Positions 25,110-39,583 of a stretch of DNA of 64,000 nt are shown here, one piece after another. Location of the stretch: NCBI GenBank assembly GCA_951406725.2, contig OX597819.1:76322001-76386000 (forward strand), in the 5' to 3' direction. Below the pieces are notes generated by a model, which had not been told where the DNA came from, searched no databases, and was given only the letters and a program-made list of their open reading frames with translations. Made by a program: the position numbers and the translations under genes. Source of the DNA: Octopus vulgaris (lineage: Eukaryota). Position 1 is the stretch's first letter; the number at the start of each line of letters is the position of its first letter.

Positions 25110-28069
25110 TTTTTCTTCTCACTGCAAGACAAATTAATTCTAGTAAGATTTCTCAGTATTAAATGTGCTAACAATAACAAATGTTTTATTTTATTTTGTT
25201 TTTCATGTGGTGAGATTTTCTGAATCAGTATACAATAGAATTTTTCTATCCCAATAAATACACTGTGTCCATACAATACTTCATCAGCATATACGTGGAG
25301 GTTATGCTTCATAGATAAGGCCAGAATAAAATTTTATCGAGATACTTTCACTTTTGTACATAAACAATACAAAATATTTATAAATGAGCAACATGGTTTT
25401 GTTTTTGTGTTTTCCGCAGCTTAATTTTAATTTATAGCTTTTTACAATTCCATGAATAAAACATCTTAGCAGTGACTTATCTTTTATTTTCCACGTGCAT
25501 TATTCCAATTTCTCTGAATTATTTAAATGCTAAATATAAGTTTGATTATTTTCGGCAATGCTATTATAACTTCATATTAAATGCCATAGAGTTTTATAGA
25601 ATTTAGCTATATATTTATTATTACCAAAAGGAATATAAGAAGATTCCAAGAAACTTAAAAATTCTTACTGATAAAATGAATCAATATTTTATTCATCACA
25701 TGCAACATGGATACATAATGCAGTTATTTATGTTTCTTCAATAAGCGTTACCTGTTATTAGCGTCTATTCATTTCGATAAAATCGTAGAATTATATTCGT
25801 GATGTTTATTTATTTATTGTAATGATATTAAATATATACGTGAAATAATTCAAATTAGATCTAAAGTGAATGGCAGCATTAGTTCCCCAAATAATGACAA
25901 TGGACTACAAACTTTCAGCCCAGTAAGAATCTAATCATTACAAGGGATTTGATTGCTCTTTCTATTAGGTTTGTAATAATTCTATCAAGCATGTGTTGTC
26001 TTGTTGAGTCGCGAAATACTCCGGTGTTTAGATGCTATTTACATCATCAAGTTCGAGTCGCATCATGCTAAGCCGTGCTTGTCTTTTCTTTAACATAGTT
26101 GCAAATTATGTACATGTTGCGCAGAGCAATGAATCAATATTAAAGCAACGTATCTATATTAAAGTAATGTATCTATATTAGAGCCCAATAATCCATCAGC
26201 TACTCTAAAAAATGTAAGCATAAAAAGGATAAACATAAAAGCAGTTATATTTTATCAGTTATATATATATATATATTTTTCCTGGATATTTCATATCAAC
26301 CTCTGCAATGAAATAACATTTAATGATGTTGTTAGGGTGTAATTTAAGGGAAATTGAAATTATATTTCTCAATCACATTGAAAACCCGTTGACTTTCGCT
26401 GAATAAACGATGAGAAGGTGGGTAGCAACTGTGCTGATTTTGAACATAGGACTGCTCTTGATCACAAGACTGTGTATTAAAAATGACAAAATGTCATACA
26501 AAGTTCATTTTGTGCCATTGGGATTGTTTACCTTAAATAGCCCCAAGTTATTCCATATTATTCGATGCGGTTAGGCAGAACTCAAATTATACTAGAGTGC
26601 TTGGACGGTACCTATCTGAATCTATTATCCCTGTCGAGTCCATTATTGTATATTTGCTTTGTTTTAAATCATGGTATTGGCATATTTAGTGTATTTCTTT
26701 TATTTGCGTTCAATATTATGCAAATTACTACTAAGTCGAAATCTTGAAAAGTATTTTTCTATACGCAAGCACTCCTATCTTCTAATTAACCAGATTTATG
26801 CTAAATATATGCTCAATTAAGAAGCTCTAATGATGCTAAGGCCAACCCATTGCAGTTAATATCTCTGCTACTAAAGACCAGATTTTCCCTTGAGCATGAC
26901 AAATTACTTATATTTATTTTTAATTAATTATTAATTTCTGGAAATTATCTCTTATTTTATGTCACTATTGATTGTTGCTATGAACTTGATTTTTGTCTCC
27001 AACTAAAAGGTAAACTAACATATTTTTGAGTATTTTTTATGTGTACATTATTCAGTACATCGGCACTTGATTTATCTTAATCCATACCATTGGCTTATTA
27101 GAGTTATTTCCCTTGGCTAAATTTGTATAATAATCCTGATAAGCTTAGCTTAGCAATTTCGATTTTTGCATGTTATTTTTATCTCGTTTGGCTTACATTC
27201 AAACAGAAATATAGATTTAATGGGACATCTATAAGATTGCTGGCAGTTAGCTAATGCTATCGTATATATCTATAAGACGGCATGAACAAGAAAGAGAGAA
27301 AGGGAGAGAGTACGAGGAAGGAGGGAAAGAGAGGGACAAAGTAGGAGAGAGAAAGAATCAGAAGAGAAAAAAAGAACGAGCAAAGGAATGGAAAAGAGAA
27401 AAATGGAAATAAGCGCACAGCTCTTAGTCATGAAAATGCATAGAGATTCGACTGAACTCCATTCGCAAATATATATATTGTTCAATATTTTATCAAACAT
27501 TTACTGCTGAATAGCAAAGCTAGCTGTCATAAGCTTTTAACTCAAATCTATTAAGACTAGTAATTTTATATGGCAAAACGTGAACTACAGCGTCTTAGTC
27601 GAGATGATATGAATCTATTATGCCATTGTAATACTGCGAAACAAATGTCGCAGACAGGAGAAATCATGCCAGTAGGTCAAGAGCTGGAACTTGGTGGTAG
27701 GAACACTGTAAGCTAATCAATAGGGCGGCCCTTTTATGGATGTGGTTCAAGTACGCCATCTTGATTCTGAACTGAGCTTTGTATTACTGGAATGTGTAGT
27801 AACTTCTGGCTTTGAAAAGAATGTCCAGTTATTCAGATGCGGTTTTAGCATTGTTAATGATGTGGTTTAGCCAGTAGAGATCCTCAGAGATAGAGGCACC
27901 TAAAAATTGGAGCAATTGTGAGGGATGGAACTAAATACTTAGTATTCATGATTAGGAGGTGGGGTGAGATAATGTTTGGTTGATACGTGTGGCATATGGA
28001 TTTTCTTGTTGTTGACAGAGTTGTAAGATAAGCATACTCAAATTGCAACATATATCAGTTTTAAATGGT

Positions 28070-28270
28070 GGTACAAGGCCAGCAACTTCGGGGAGAGGGT
28101 GATGTCGATTACATCAACCCCCGTTCTTAACTGGTACTTGTTTTATCGACCCTCCAAGGGTTGAAATTTTAAGTTTGACCTCGGCGGAATTCGAAATCAG
28201 AACGTAAAGGCATCGAAAGACCGGTAAGCATTTTGGCCGACGTGCTTACGATTCTTCCAGTTCATCGCCT
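28070..28270 (-). mobile_element. tRNA-related SINE with Meta-domain-like core
   Basis: ggcgatgaactgg..ttcgaattccgccgaggtc..gggtcgataaaacaagtaccag; homologous to 59600-59769. Confidence 0.7.
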
Positions 28271-28339
28271 TCAACTGGCAACGACTATTGACTGGCCGAT
28301 GAGAAATTAAAATGATTCGACCGGCTATCATCTGACACG

Positions 28340-28543
<204 letters not shown>

Positions 28544-29334
28544 GTGTGCGTGTGTGTATTTGTGTGCGTACGTCTGTTTGTGTGCGTACGTCTGTTTGTG
28601 TGTGCGTGAGTGAGTGTGTATGCACATATATCAGCGTGTATATGTATAAATAAATTTAATTACCATAGACTAAATACTGCAAAAATAAATTATCAATCGC
28701 CTACCGTTTGAGATTTGGTTGTTATTTATAGTTCCTAGTGTGACTATGTAGAGGCATGCTCGATGACTCGAATATGATGACTAATTTGAAGATTGTGTAT
28801 ATGACTTAATTAAATATATTGATTAGAAACCATTAATTAATTTCCAATTTACGGTGTTCTTGTTTTTAAGTTTTGTTTATTAAAGTATTTTGTTCAGTAA
28901 CAGATCAATGAAAGGCAGCTGAGATGCAAATAGAAACACAACACACATAAAAAGCTACGTATCTCGTTTAAATATCTGTTTGTTTGTGGTGTATGTACCA
29001 TGTGAATCAGCAGAGTCTCCAGATTTTAGTTTTATCCTCGAACTTTTGAATCTCAGAAATGTTTAAAGGTAACTTAATGTAATTGACAGAGGTTTTTCTA
29101 ACCCTAATAGACTCTAACTTTGAGCAAAACAACATGATTACTCTCCAAGCTCACCAGAAGAAACATGATGAAATTGATCATTGGCGAAAATGATAGTTTC
29201 ATAAATAATTAACCATAGTTCAGGACTGGGAGCTCATAAATGATTGGAATAAAGTTCGAATGGAAGCTTAAGATTTTATTTTAAAGTCTCAGAGAGAATC
29301 TTGGCTGAAATCCTGCCTGTTATGCATCAAGAGT

Positions 29335-30270
29335 TGCTCCTCTTTTGGCAATGAATTCTTCAACCCTCTTCCTGACTGCACCACAAGCTGACTTAATGAA
29401 TTCTTCATCAGTGTCTTCCTCTCACATCCTACGCATGGAGTCTTTGAGATTTTGCATAACAAACTCCGCTCAGTCTTTTATCTTGTCAAACGTGATCACT
29501 GACATCTTGCCATCCAAGGCCATGCAGGCGAAAATTATCATGTTGGCAGGGTTTCTGCATCTAAAAATGTCATTTTTGGCTCTCTCCTGGAGAGCTGAAA
29601 CTAGAACGCTGCAGTTACGCCTGTTTATGTGCATATCTTGGGAGAAATTCTTCTCATCTGTGTAAAAGATCACTCTAGGATGTGTTTCACCATGTCCAAG
29701 TTGATCTTTGTCCTCTCCAACGCTCTAACCTTTTGTCCTGAGTGACAAGATGTCACACAGGTCTCATGTACAATTTCATTTTCAGGTTTTCTGCCACCAC
29801 GCTTTGAACTGACATAGCTGAAACCCCTCTTTAACATGCCAAGCGACTTATTGATGGAGCTGGATTGCTTCTGATTGATCTCTTCAGCTCGAGATTGAAA
29901 TGGTAACCCTTCTTGTGGTTATCACCTCCTGATCCAATTTTTCTCTCCATCATCCTCTCTTTCTCAGACGTTTTCACAATTCTGTTGATGGTTCTTGAAT
30001 GAACTTTGAAGATGGAAACTAGGAAATTAATGTTGGTACCACTACTGAATTTCCCAGTTGGAAAGACATGATGAGGTTGGCGCAAAAGGATTTCGGTTTG
30101 TTCTGTTTCTAACTAAATATCTCAATGGGTATATCACTGATTCTTTCAAAAACTGGTGTCAGTATGGCCAGTCGTCTTATCGGGAAAAGATGGAAAATTG
30201 CAAATCGATAGGAATTATTGACTTTAAAAAGTTTCAAGATTTTGTAAGCGTGACAATTTTGTTGTTACAC
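29335..30270 (-). mobile_element. Degenerate Tc1/mariner-superfamily transposase relic
   Basis: HTH-like VHSRTINRIVK..ERKIGSG..IRSNPAPSISRLA, first catalytic Asp motif YTDEKNF, C-terminal EEFIKSACGAVRKRVEEFIA; broken frames and an internal deletion. Confidence 0.75.
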
Positions 30271-30362
<92 letters not shown>

Positions 30363-30364
30363 TA

Positions 30365-30518
30365 TCAATTTCGGGTTGTGGGGTGAAGTCGATTACATCG
30401 ACCCTAGTGCTCAACTGGAACTTATTTTATCGAACCAGAATTTGAACTCAGAACGTAAAGTGAAGTGAATTGCTGCTAAGCATTTTGCCAGATGTGCCAA
30501 CGATTCTGCTAGCTCGCC
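30365..30518 (-). mobile_element. Deleted copy of the Meta-like SINE
   Basis: gtcgattacatcgaccc..aatttgaactcagaacgtaa..agctcgcc. Confidence 0.65.
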
Positions 30519-31111
30519 AACTTCCTTTGTTAAACTCATAAAGAATTATTCACTCTTTCCTACTCTTATGCTTCTCTCTCTCTCTCTCTCTCTCTCCCTC
30601 TCCCCTCTCTCGCTCTGCGTTTTTGTCGCTTACACTTTTCTTTCTTCGTTGGTTTGCCTGCTTCTGATTTGTATTTCCCCAGAGAATACCTAATCAACCT
30701 TGTTTCTTGCTTTTATAAATTAAATTTGATAAAAAAGGCTGCGTCTCTCTTTCTTCCCTTTCAAGAGACACCCTCTGTGAATTTCCACTCTTCATTTATC
30801 CTCCTGTCAGCATTACCTGACTGATGAACTGCTGTTCACTGTTTGTAAGTCTTGTAACATTAGTTAGAAGACTTAACTCTGTTACTGTCATTGTCTCTTT
30901 GCCTCCTGTTATTTTCATTTTAGTCTTGAAGCTAACTATATAATAAATCGTTATATTTGCGGATGGTCATTTCCTTTTCTTTCTTTTTTCTTTTTTGCAA
31001 ATAAACACTCGTACAACAGTGCGGTTGTGTATCGACACAACAAAAACAAAATGACAATATCTGTTTCAACCCACGATTTCACGTCAAGATTCCTGCAAAT
31101 ATATATAAACA

Positions 31112-31436
31112 AGCATGGCTCAGTGGTTAGAGCGTCGAGCTTACGATCGTGAGGTTGTGAGTTCAAATCCCGGATCGGGCTGTATGTTGTGTTCTTGAGC
31201 AAGACATTTTATTTCACGTTGCTCCAGTTCACTCAGCTGTAGAAATGAGTTGCGACGTCACTGGTGCCAAGCTGTATCGACCTTTGTCTTTCCCTTGGAT
31301 AACACTGGTGGTATGGAGAGGGGAGGTTGGTATGCATGGGCGACTGCTGGTCTTCCATAAACAACCTTGCCCGGACTTGTGTCTAGGAGGGTAACTTTAT
31401 AGGTGCAATCCCATGGTCATTCATGACCGAAGGGGG

Positions 31437-31442
<6 letters not shown>
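31112..31442 (+). mobile_element. Full-length tRNA-derived SINE with CORE-like domain
   Basis: A box TGGCTCAGTGG, B box GTTCAAATCC, gtgttcttgagcaagaca..cactcagctgtagaaatg; 3' hairpin ggtcattcatgacc; ends in (TA)n. Confidence 0.85.
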
Positions 31443-31477
<35 letters not shown>

Positions 31478-31839
31478 TATAATATATTCTAAATTATTTT
31501 TTACGAAAGATTAACTATCTGTCATACTAATTTGTCGCTATTTTCTTTCATATTCATTTATTTTCATCTACTTGTCATTCTCAAATACTTGTTGTCATTA
31601 CCCTTAGTACTCAAACCAGAATTATCTAGATGATAATTAGAGACGCCGTAAGTTTCCTCGGTCTCACGTGTTCATTTTCTTTTATTTGTGAACTGATGCA
31701 CATTCACGTTTTTGGATCACGGCTTTATACTTCTATTAAGTAACATATAACTTTTATAGAAACAAAACAAAAATGTGTTGTCTACATTATTTGATGTATC
31801 GATTTATCTATCCATCCGCCTATCGATTTCGCTTGCTAT

Positions 31840-32090
31840 TACTGGGATTGTCTGAGGGGAAAATCTTCATGTAACTCCGCTATAAGATCCTATCAGAAGG
31901 AATTGACGTTAGACTTTCTGGATGGATCCCCAAGCGTGAACCGTTGAGACTTTGGACATTACCCAACCACCTGGAAAGACTCCATGATCTTCGTGCTACG
32001 CATCCTATCAAGTAACATTAATCCAGAGATCCGTTGGAGAAGCTCCATTTCGGCCATTTGTGTTTGATCGGCAACAAAATTAGTTAATGA
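31840..32090 (-). pseudogene. RTE-clade LINE relic
   Basis: Translation QMAEMELLQRISGLMLLDRMRSTKIMES resembles the RTE post-RT region. Confidence 0.55.
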
Positions 32091-32200
32091 TGTGTATTCT
32101 ATTAAACACATTCATAAAAAAATTACATGGATGTATAATGCCATTTTTTAATACTTGTTTGCTTCTGTTATTGTACTTTTGACTGTTAACTTACATTTTA

Positions 32201-32560
32201 TGCCATAACTTATTTGATGATAAATAAATAGTATGGAATATTATGAGCGTAACACAGACCGTTGAATTTTATTTCGTGGAAGTGCTGTTAAGCTATTTGT
32301 CACACTATTCCTTTTTACTTATTAATAGCCCACGACATGCACTGTATAATGTTTTGTTTTACAAATGGATAATACCTTGTTCATAAAATTATGTAATAAA
32401 TGCTATAACTCACATTATGAATATAACATGATGGACCTTTGAATTTTATTGCTTGGAAATGTTCCTAAAATATTCGTAACACTATTCCTGCTTATTTATT
32501 AATTACCCTCGACACGCACTGGATATTATTATTTTTCAGCTGAGTTATACTTTGTTATAT
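32201..32560. repeat. Old diverged tandem duplication (~180-200 bp unit)
   Basis: gcYataact..gacc.ttgaattttatt..acactattcct..cgacaYgcactg occurs twice. Confidence 0.6.
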
Positions 32561-32619
32561 AAAATCATATACGTAAGAATGCATGCATACATCCCGTGTC
32601 AAGAGCGATAGCAATAAAC

Positions 32620-32674
<55 letters not shown>

Positions 32675-32896
32675 TTGTGCCAATGTGGGATAACGTGATA
32701 GGGAACGAGCGAACGAATTAACGATAGTAATTCATTATGCTCCATATTCTTTCGCTTTTATCAATTCTGATTCATATTTAATTGGGTTAATTTAAACGCA
32801 GCTCATGTTTAACGAGCAACAAGACTTCATTGATTATTCATAACAATTGCTGAAACCATCTAATGGCTCTTTGAAGAGGGACATTTTATCTCGTTA

Positions 32897-32897
<1 letters not shown>

Positions 32898-32949
<52 letters not shown>

Positions 32950-32962
32950 GTTGTAGTGGTAC

Positions 32963-32994
<32 letters not shown>

Positions 32995-33050
32995 ATAGTA
33001 GTAGTAGTATTGTTGTTGTTATCATTATTATTATTATTACTATTACTAGC
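32898..33050. repeat. (ATT)n/(AGT)n trinucleotide repeats
   Basis: Direct reading. Confidence 0.9.
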
Positions 33051-33980
33051 ATTAGTGGGTTGCTATTGCTACACTACTACAGTAACTAACAATACAACCA
33101 CCAAAACCCCCACCCTCACCCCAACTACTACTACTACTGCTACTACTACTACTTTTATTCTTTTTAGGAAGTACACATTATGTAATACGTACCCTGAGAT
33201 TAAAAAAAAAATTGTATGTCTGTTTGATCAGGGCTTTCCTAAGACTAAGCGAGGAACGAAGTCAGGTTTATCTGCTGAATTTGATGGAGTCTATTATTTT
33301 AGTCTTCAATATGGCCATATCCGCTGGATAAATATCATTTCACTTCCCTCAGAAAACGATCCAAAGAGCCTCTATGTGAGCGTTCAACCTGCTAGAAATA
33401 GAATCGAAATCTTCATTAAAAATCACATCATACCGTTTTAAATAAGTAAAATAAATCCACATTATATAATTAATTTCTGATTTTGGCGCAAAACTAAGTA
33501 ATTTTCAGGGATGGGGAAATCCGATTATATCGATGTCAGTGATCGACTCGGAAAGGATGAAGTGTCCGCAGAACATAATGCACCAGAAGAAATGTCGCTA
33601 AGCATTTTGCTCGGAGTGGTAACAATTCTAAAAGCGCATACTCTTAAAAAATACATTTAACAGACCTCTAGGTTATTGTCCCAGTACGCTTGCACTACGC
33701 TTCTTTGCTGGCAAGTCGTGTTATAAAATCTTTAATACTTTCATTCATTGTTATGTTATTTTACTTTATATAGTTCTTAGATACATCTAGTGCCATATAT
33801 GCTTGTGTTTCTACTATTTCAGCTATCTTAATCTCACCTACCAGATCCTTTGCTGCTCAGGATGTGGTTTAACTTTGTACATCCATAGCATCAAGCCTGT
33901 CTTTTAACCGAGATATTTCTAGTTAGTACAAAGTCAGTCTTAATCCTGCAGATTAATATAGATTCTGTTATAACAATATA

Positions 33981-34135
<155 letters not shown>

Positions 34136-34140
34136 ATATT

Positions 34141-34183
<43 letters not shown>

Positions 34184-34219
34184 GTATGTATTTATGTATG
34201 TATGTATGTGTATGTATGT

Positions 34220-34856
34220 AAAATTTAGAGGATTGACCACTATAAGTGTACAGCCTGTATGCTAGATATAGACGTCAAAATCGCCATTTTTCACGAGGAA
34301 TGTGTTCTCAAGAAAAAATTCAGCAAAAACCCAGTGTGAAAATAACAAGACAAATGAAAATATACGAAATAAAAAACGATTACCTATGTACTAATTAGTT
34401 TCGCTTGTAAATATTTACGTATATGGGTACGTAAACATCAGCAAGATCATCAGCATAGTCTGTCGTTTACGAAACATAATTTCCAGAACTAGATACAGGG
34501 CGCTCAACCGAAATCCAGCATGTATAAAGTTCCACAAATTATATTTAAGTGTATCTTTCAAATGCCTTCAACTTGGCGCGCTGGGATAGGAAATTACTCT
34601 GCAGTTAATAAACTACAGCAGTCAGTTTACCGGCTAGAGAACATTTTTTAAATTTAAAATGAATTAAGGGAAGAAATTGATATTAATCATTTAAAACCAG
34701 TGGCCTAGCATATTTAAAAAATCCGAAGATTATAAATTTTTTACATACAAAATTTAGATGATTGACCACAAAAAGTGGACAGCCTGTATGCTAGATATAG
34801 ACGTCAAAATCGCCATTTCCACGAAAAATGTGTTCTCAAGAAAAAATTCAGCAAAA
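34220..34856 (-). mobile_element. ~1.2 copies of a 529-bp HHR-containing tandem unit
   Basis: ~108-bp direct repeats at 34220-34328 and 34749-34856 with an HHR between them; 3' end abuts a long TA/TATG tract. Confidence 0.75.
34384..34458 (-). ncRNA. Type I hammerhead ribozyme
   Basis: Minus strand: ctatg CTGATGA tcttg..tgtttacgta/tacgtaaata..caagc GAAA ctaattag TA catag; first stem II pair mismatched. Confidence 0.8.
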
Positions 34857-36841
34857 TTTCATTTCAGCTGATTCTAGCACTGGCTCAACGGGGTGTTCAT
34901 ACCGTTTTCTTGAGTAGTTCAGCTTGTGTTTCTAGTACAGTCGAGGGAATACAGCAAATCTCCTGTATCATTCTTTTCTTTTGAACTACTTCTACAATAT
35001 GACTAAATATTCCCCATCTCAATCCACAGATTTTACATAATGATGGCTCTAAGGTTTCCTTGATAATATATTTCGCATAATTAGTTCTTAGGGATTACTC
35101 TCGTGCTGTACATAATGCTTTATTATCGAATTTAATGTTTGATCTTCACATCCATTCGTGAAGTGCTTGCTTTTCTGATCCACTATGTATGAACTATATG
35201 AATTAACCATGCATCACTTTATTCATTCATTTTTCTGTCTTCTCAAAACTTTTCCTTCTTATAATCATGTTTTCAATGGAAATTTCAGTTTGTAAAATGC
35301 TACATTGTTTGACTTTTGTTAGCCAGGACTTCTCATTTATTTATGTACCCACCAAAAGAAATACCAAGATCAAGTAATAACGAGTTGACAACCGATGGAG
35401 TTTAGTCAATTGCGTGGGAAGAACAGTCTCTGTACCTCCGAAATATGGTTTCTAAATAAATAAATAATTGAAAGAAAAAATAATTAAAGGAATAAAAATA
35501 ATTTCCGATAGTTGGGTAACCTTCAATTTTCTGATGAAAAATCACGACAATGAGCTATAAAATAACAATGTCAATAAGATTAGAAACAACGCTGGAGGTA
35601 TTCGTCCGGTATATATTATATTGTGTAGCAGGAGGACTCTGTCCTTACCCTGTAGCTACAAGTAATCAGAGTTGAGTATTAACCGCAAGAGCGTCAGACA
35701 AAAAATATGGTATAAGTTCGGCTCTTTCTATTATCAAATCCATTCGACTTTAACTTTGACTTTCACCCTTCTACAATTGATAAACAGAGAACCAATTAAA
35801 TAATTCAGACGGTGGTACCGCTCGATGTAGGCTACTCAAAACTGCTAACCTTGTGTATAGATTTAAAACAACTATTATTATTTACCAGGGTGACTCGTTA
35901 GAACATTGAGAAATGCTTTGCGGTGTATGTTTTATGTTCTGAGATCAAATACCACCGAGGTCAACTTTGACTTTTATTCTTTCGGGGTGAATAAAATAAT
36001 TACCAGCCAAGAATAAAGATCGATGCTATCTACTAACTATTCGCTCTGAAACTGGCAAAATTTAAAACAAATAATTTAATTGGGTGAATCGTTAAAGCGT
36101 TGAAAAATGCTTGGCAATATGTGTTTTACGCAGAGTTGTGTTTTACTGCCTAGTAAAAGCTGCTTTTCATTCCTCCGTGGTTCATGTAGAATCCGAGTTG
36201 ACGAAAATACATGTTTTATAGGGAGAACGCAGCAAAAGGTCTTTTCTATGTTAGTGTGTATACGGACGTGTGAAATATCAATGTGCACAATATAATAATC
36301 ACTGATTACCGGATTTTTATTTGCCACAGATACACGCACTACTGTGTATGTGTGTGTATGTATTTATACGTACATGCATACACGCATGCATGTATGTATG
36401 AGTCATTTTCTCCCTGTTTGCATGAATGTTGGTGTGCTAGAGCAAAATCACACTAAAACACTTTGTTCCTACATTCTATATCAACATTCGAAAATGTCAT
36501 TATTAGTTACATTATACAATAAGTTCAATATGAAATGAGTCAACAATATTCTGTTTATAAATCTATAGACATCTAAACACTGCGCATACATTCATACATA
36601 CAAACATATGTATATAAGTATATATAGATATATGTATTTATGTGCACACGCACACACACACACACACTCTCTCTCTCTCTCTCTCTGACTACACTTTGAC
36701 AATTTTTGATATCTTGGCATCTGAAGCAGCTGGTGATGCGATTGTTTGATCACAAGAACCGGCTATTGTAAGCGAAAATAAATATTGAAAAAAGCGCATT
36801 TGGCCAAGTTTGGAATACGACATTTTAACATAATAGCAACG

Positions 36842-36982
<141 letters not shown>

Positions 36983-36989
36983 ATATATA

Positions 36990-37755
36990 TTGACATGAGC
37001 AATGATGCATCTTTCCAAATGCATATTGCTAATCTGGTGATAAAATGCAGACGGCTAGCTGGATGGATTCTCCGAACTTTCAGAACTCAGAGAGAAGGAG
37101 ACACTGATGGTCCTATGGAAAACATTCGTCCTCAGCCGCTTGGACTACTGCTCCCAACTTTGGTCACCACACAATATAAAACTAACAGCAGAACTCGAAG
37201 CAATTCAGAGAAGCTACACAAAGAAAATCGTCTCAATGCAAAATATCAGCTACTGGGAAAGACTGAAGGTATTAAACCTCTTCTCCCTAGAGCGGAGGCG
37301 GGAGAGATATGCGGTGATATACATCTGGAAAATCCTGGAGGGTCTTGTCCCAAACGTTGGCATTCAAAGTTACTCCAACCGCAGAACGGGGCGCCACTGC
37401 ATGGTGCTAAGGATTCCAACATCACCATCAAAATACAGGTCCAGATACTGCAACAGCTTGGGTTTCAGAGGACCACAGCTCTTTAACATCCTCCCTAAAT
37501 GCCTGAGAGACTTACATGGTGTGGATGTGGGTTTCTTTAAAACTAAACTGGATCTCTTCTTGTTGGGAGTCCCAGATGAACCTACCTCACGACAGGAGAC
37601 GCGGATGCGGGCAGCAGCATCGAACTCCCTTGCTGATCAAGTGCCACGTATCAGAGGTGGATTCACAAATTAGTGTAGCTCATTCAGCGGTGGTGCCCCA
37701 GCATGGCCGCGGCCTTCGGGCTAAAACATTTTTAAGGATTTAAGGATTTAAGGAT
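36990..37755 (+). mobile_element. 5'-truncated CR1/L2-group LINE (RT C-terminus, 3' UTR, (AAGGATTT)n tail) in (TA)n
   Basis: ORF 37107-37673 LWKTFVLSRLDYCSQLWSP..SYWERLKVLNLFSLERRRERY; frameshift near 37090; TA tracts on both sides. Confidence 0.88.
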
Positions 37756-37769
37756 ATATATATATATAT

Positions 37770-37814
<45 letters not shown>

Positions 37815-37823
37815 TAACAAAAA

Positions 37824-37861
37824 CTGTCTGATGAACGGCAACGAGAAACTCAGAGTAACAG
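37824..37861 (+). ncRNA. Minimal type I hammerhead ribozyme (slightly degenerate)
   Basis: ctgt CTGATGA acg gcaa cga GAAA ctcagag TA acag; a degenerate paralog lies on the minus strand at ~22303-22343. Confidence 0.65.
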
Positions 37862-37963
37862 AATTTGTTGAATTTCTGCTGCTTTAAATAAAGCATATTA
37901 CTCTACCACTGCTATTTGTGTACTCTTTTTTTCCACCTTGTTTCACATTTATGTGTTTACTCC

Positions 37964-38024
<61 letters not shown>

Positions 38025-39583
38025 TGACAGAGATGAGGGTGTGTGTGTTTGTGTGTGTGTGTGTGTGTCTATATGTGTGTATATATATATACGACACCAT
38101 CCAGATAGATGGAGGCGTCGAAAGAGAAAGAAACGAAATTATGGGGAGATAACACCGAGGGAAACGCAACAAGTATGCACAATATAGTACAAGGGATTAG
38201 GAGAGTGATGTAAGTGCTGAAACAAGGAGTTGAAAAGTGATTAACAGAAAAATTTAAATCCAAGAGAGATTAAAATAAAATGAATACAGTGTAACGTAGA
38301 GAAGTGGAAAGAAATAAGGATCATATCAGGTAAATAAAATAAGTAGATAACATTCATGAAGTCTTTATAAAGTAATACAAAGCAAAAAGAAAAAGCATCG
38401 AGTGAAATATGAATCCCGAAGTGTCGTGTGCAAATCTGTTTGAAATATTTTAATCTAATTAGTTATATTATAACTCATTGCAAGTGTGAAAACTTTATAA
38501 AAATTCCTGCAGATGTTCATTGATATTTTTCGAAAAGGAATGAATTAACCTTTAATGACACCCGGAACGTGTAACACATCGAAAATGGATATTTGTTGTT
38601 TTTGTTTTCGTCATTGTTGTTATTGATGCTGTTATTGTTTTTGAGGTTATTGTTTTATTTTAACAGAAACGGACGTCTGTTCAGAAAGCTCACAGAAAAT
38701 CTGATTAGGACCAAGTTTTACAGGATAATGTCACAAATAGGGTACTTTGAAGCTTTTGTTATAATGCCTACGATAGACAGAATCCCAATATGTATCGGAA
38801 GTAAACAAGTTGTATTTTAGACATTAATTCATTGTCCTAAGTTCTTTTGTTTACATTCGATTCAGCATATGTTCTACTAGAGACGCTAGAAACTGTGCTC
38901 TAGTCACGCTTACAAGAGCGAAATAATTTTCGAAAATATGAAAATGCATATGAAAAAAATATAACAAACAGAATTTTAAGGTAGACAGACACAACAAAAT
39001 TACAGAAGAAAAAACAATAAAACTGGTCGCACTGAGTAAAACACACATCTGTTTCATGTGTAACAATAAGTCTTCGAGTATGTCTGTCTTGAGGAGTTGG
39101 AAATGCAGAGACAGAGCAAGCGAAAATCATCAGAGATAGTAGAAACTGCAAAAGGTCTCAAAAATTGTTTTAGGGATCCACCAGTTGCCGCTTGGAAAGA
39201 AATTCCTAGCGTAGCGAAAGATATTCACCTAGTCTTAATATATGGAACCAACAACGAAGATTTCCGTTCTTCCCTACAAACTATAGTACCAGTCTATCGT
39301 CTTGCTATGACAGTAGAAAACGCGTCAACTGTCGGAGACAGTGGAAAAATTGAATAAACAACTGATTAAATTCTAGTATCGAAACATATAAACCGGAAGA
39401 TAAAATGTCTGAAGAGAAGCTCATCTCAGCTTGTAACTGTATACAGCTAATTTCTTTTGAAATAACCAATGGGCAACTGATAGGGATTTTGAAAAAAAAA
39501 AACAAAGGAAGAAGGTACAATTATGTACAGATTAAGGAGAAGAGCGTTCATATAACGTCAGCTGGGTTATATTACTTGTTTTA

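Noticed and set aside
31112-31185. tRNA gene
   Set aside because: A and B boxes are present but run into a SINE body with paralogs at 9757 and 41698, so it is a SINE head.
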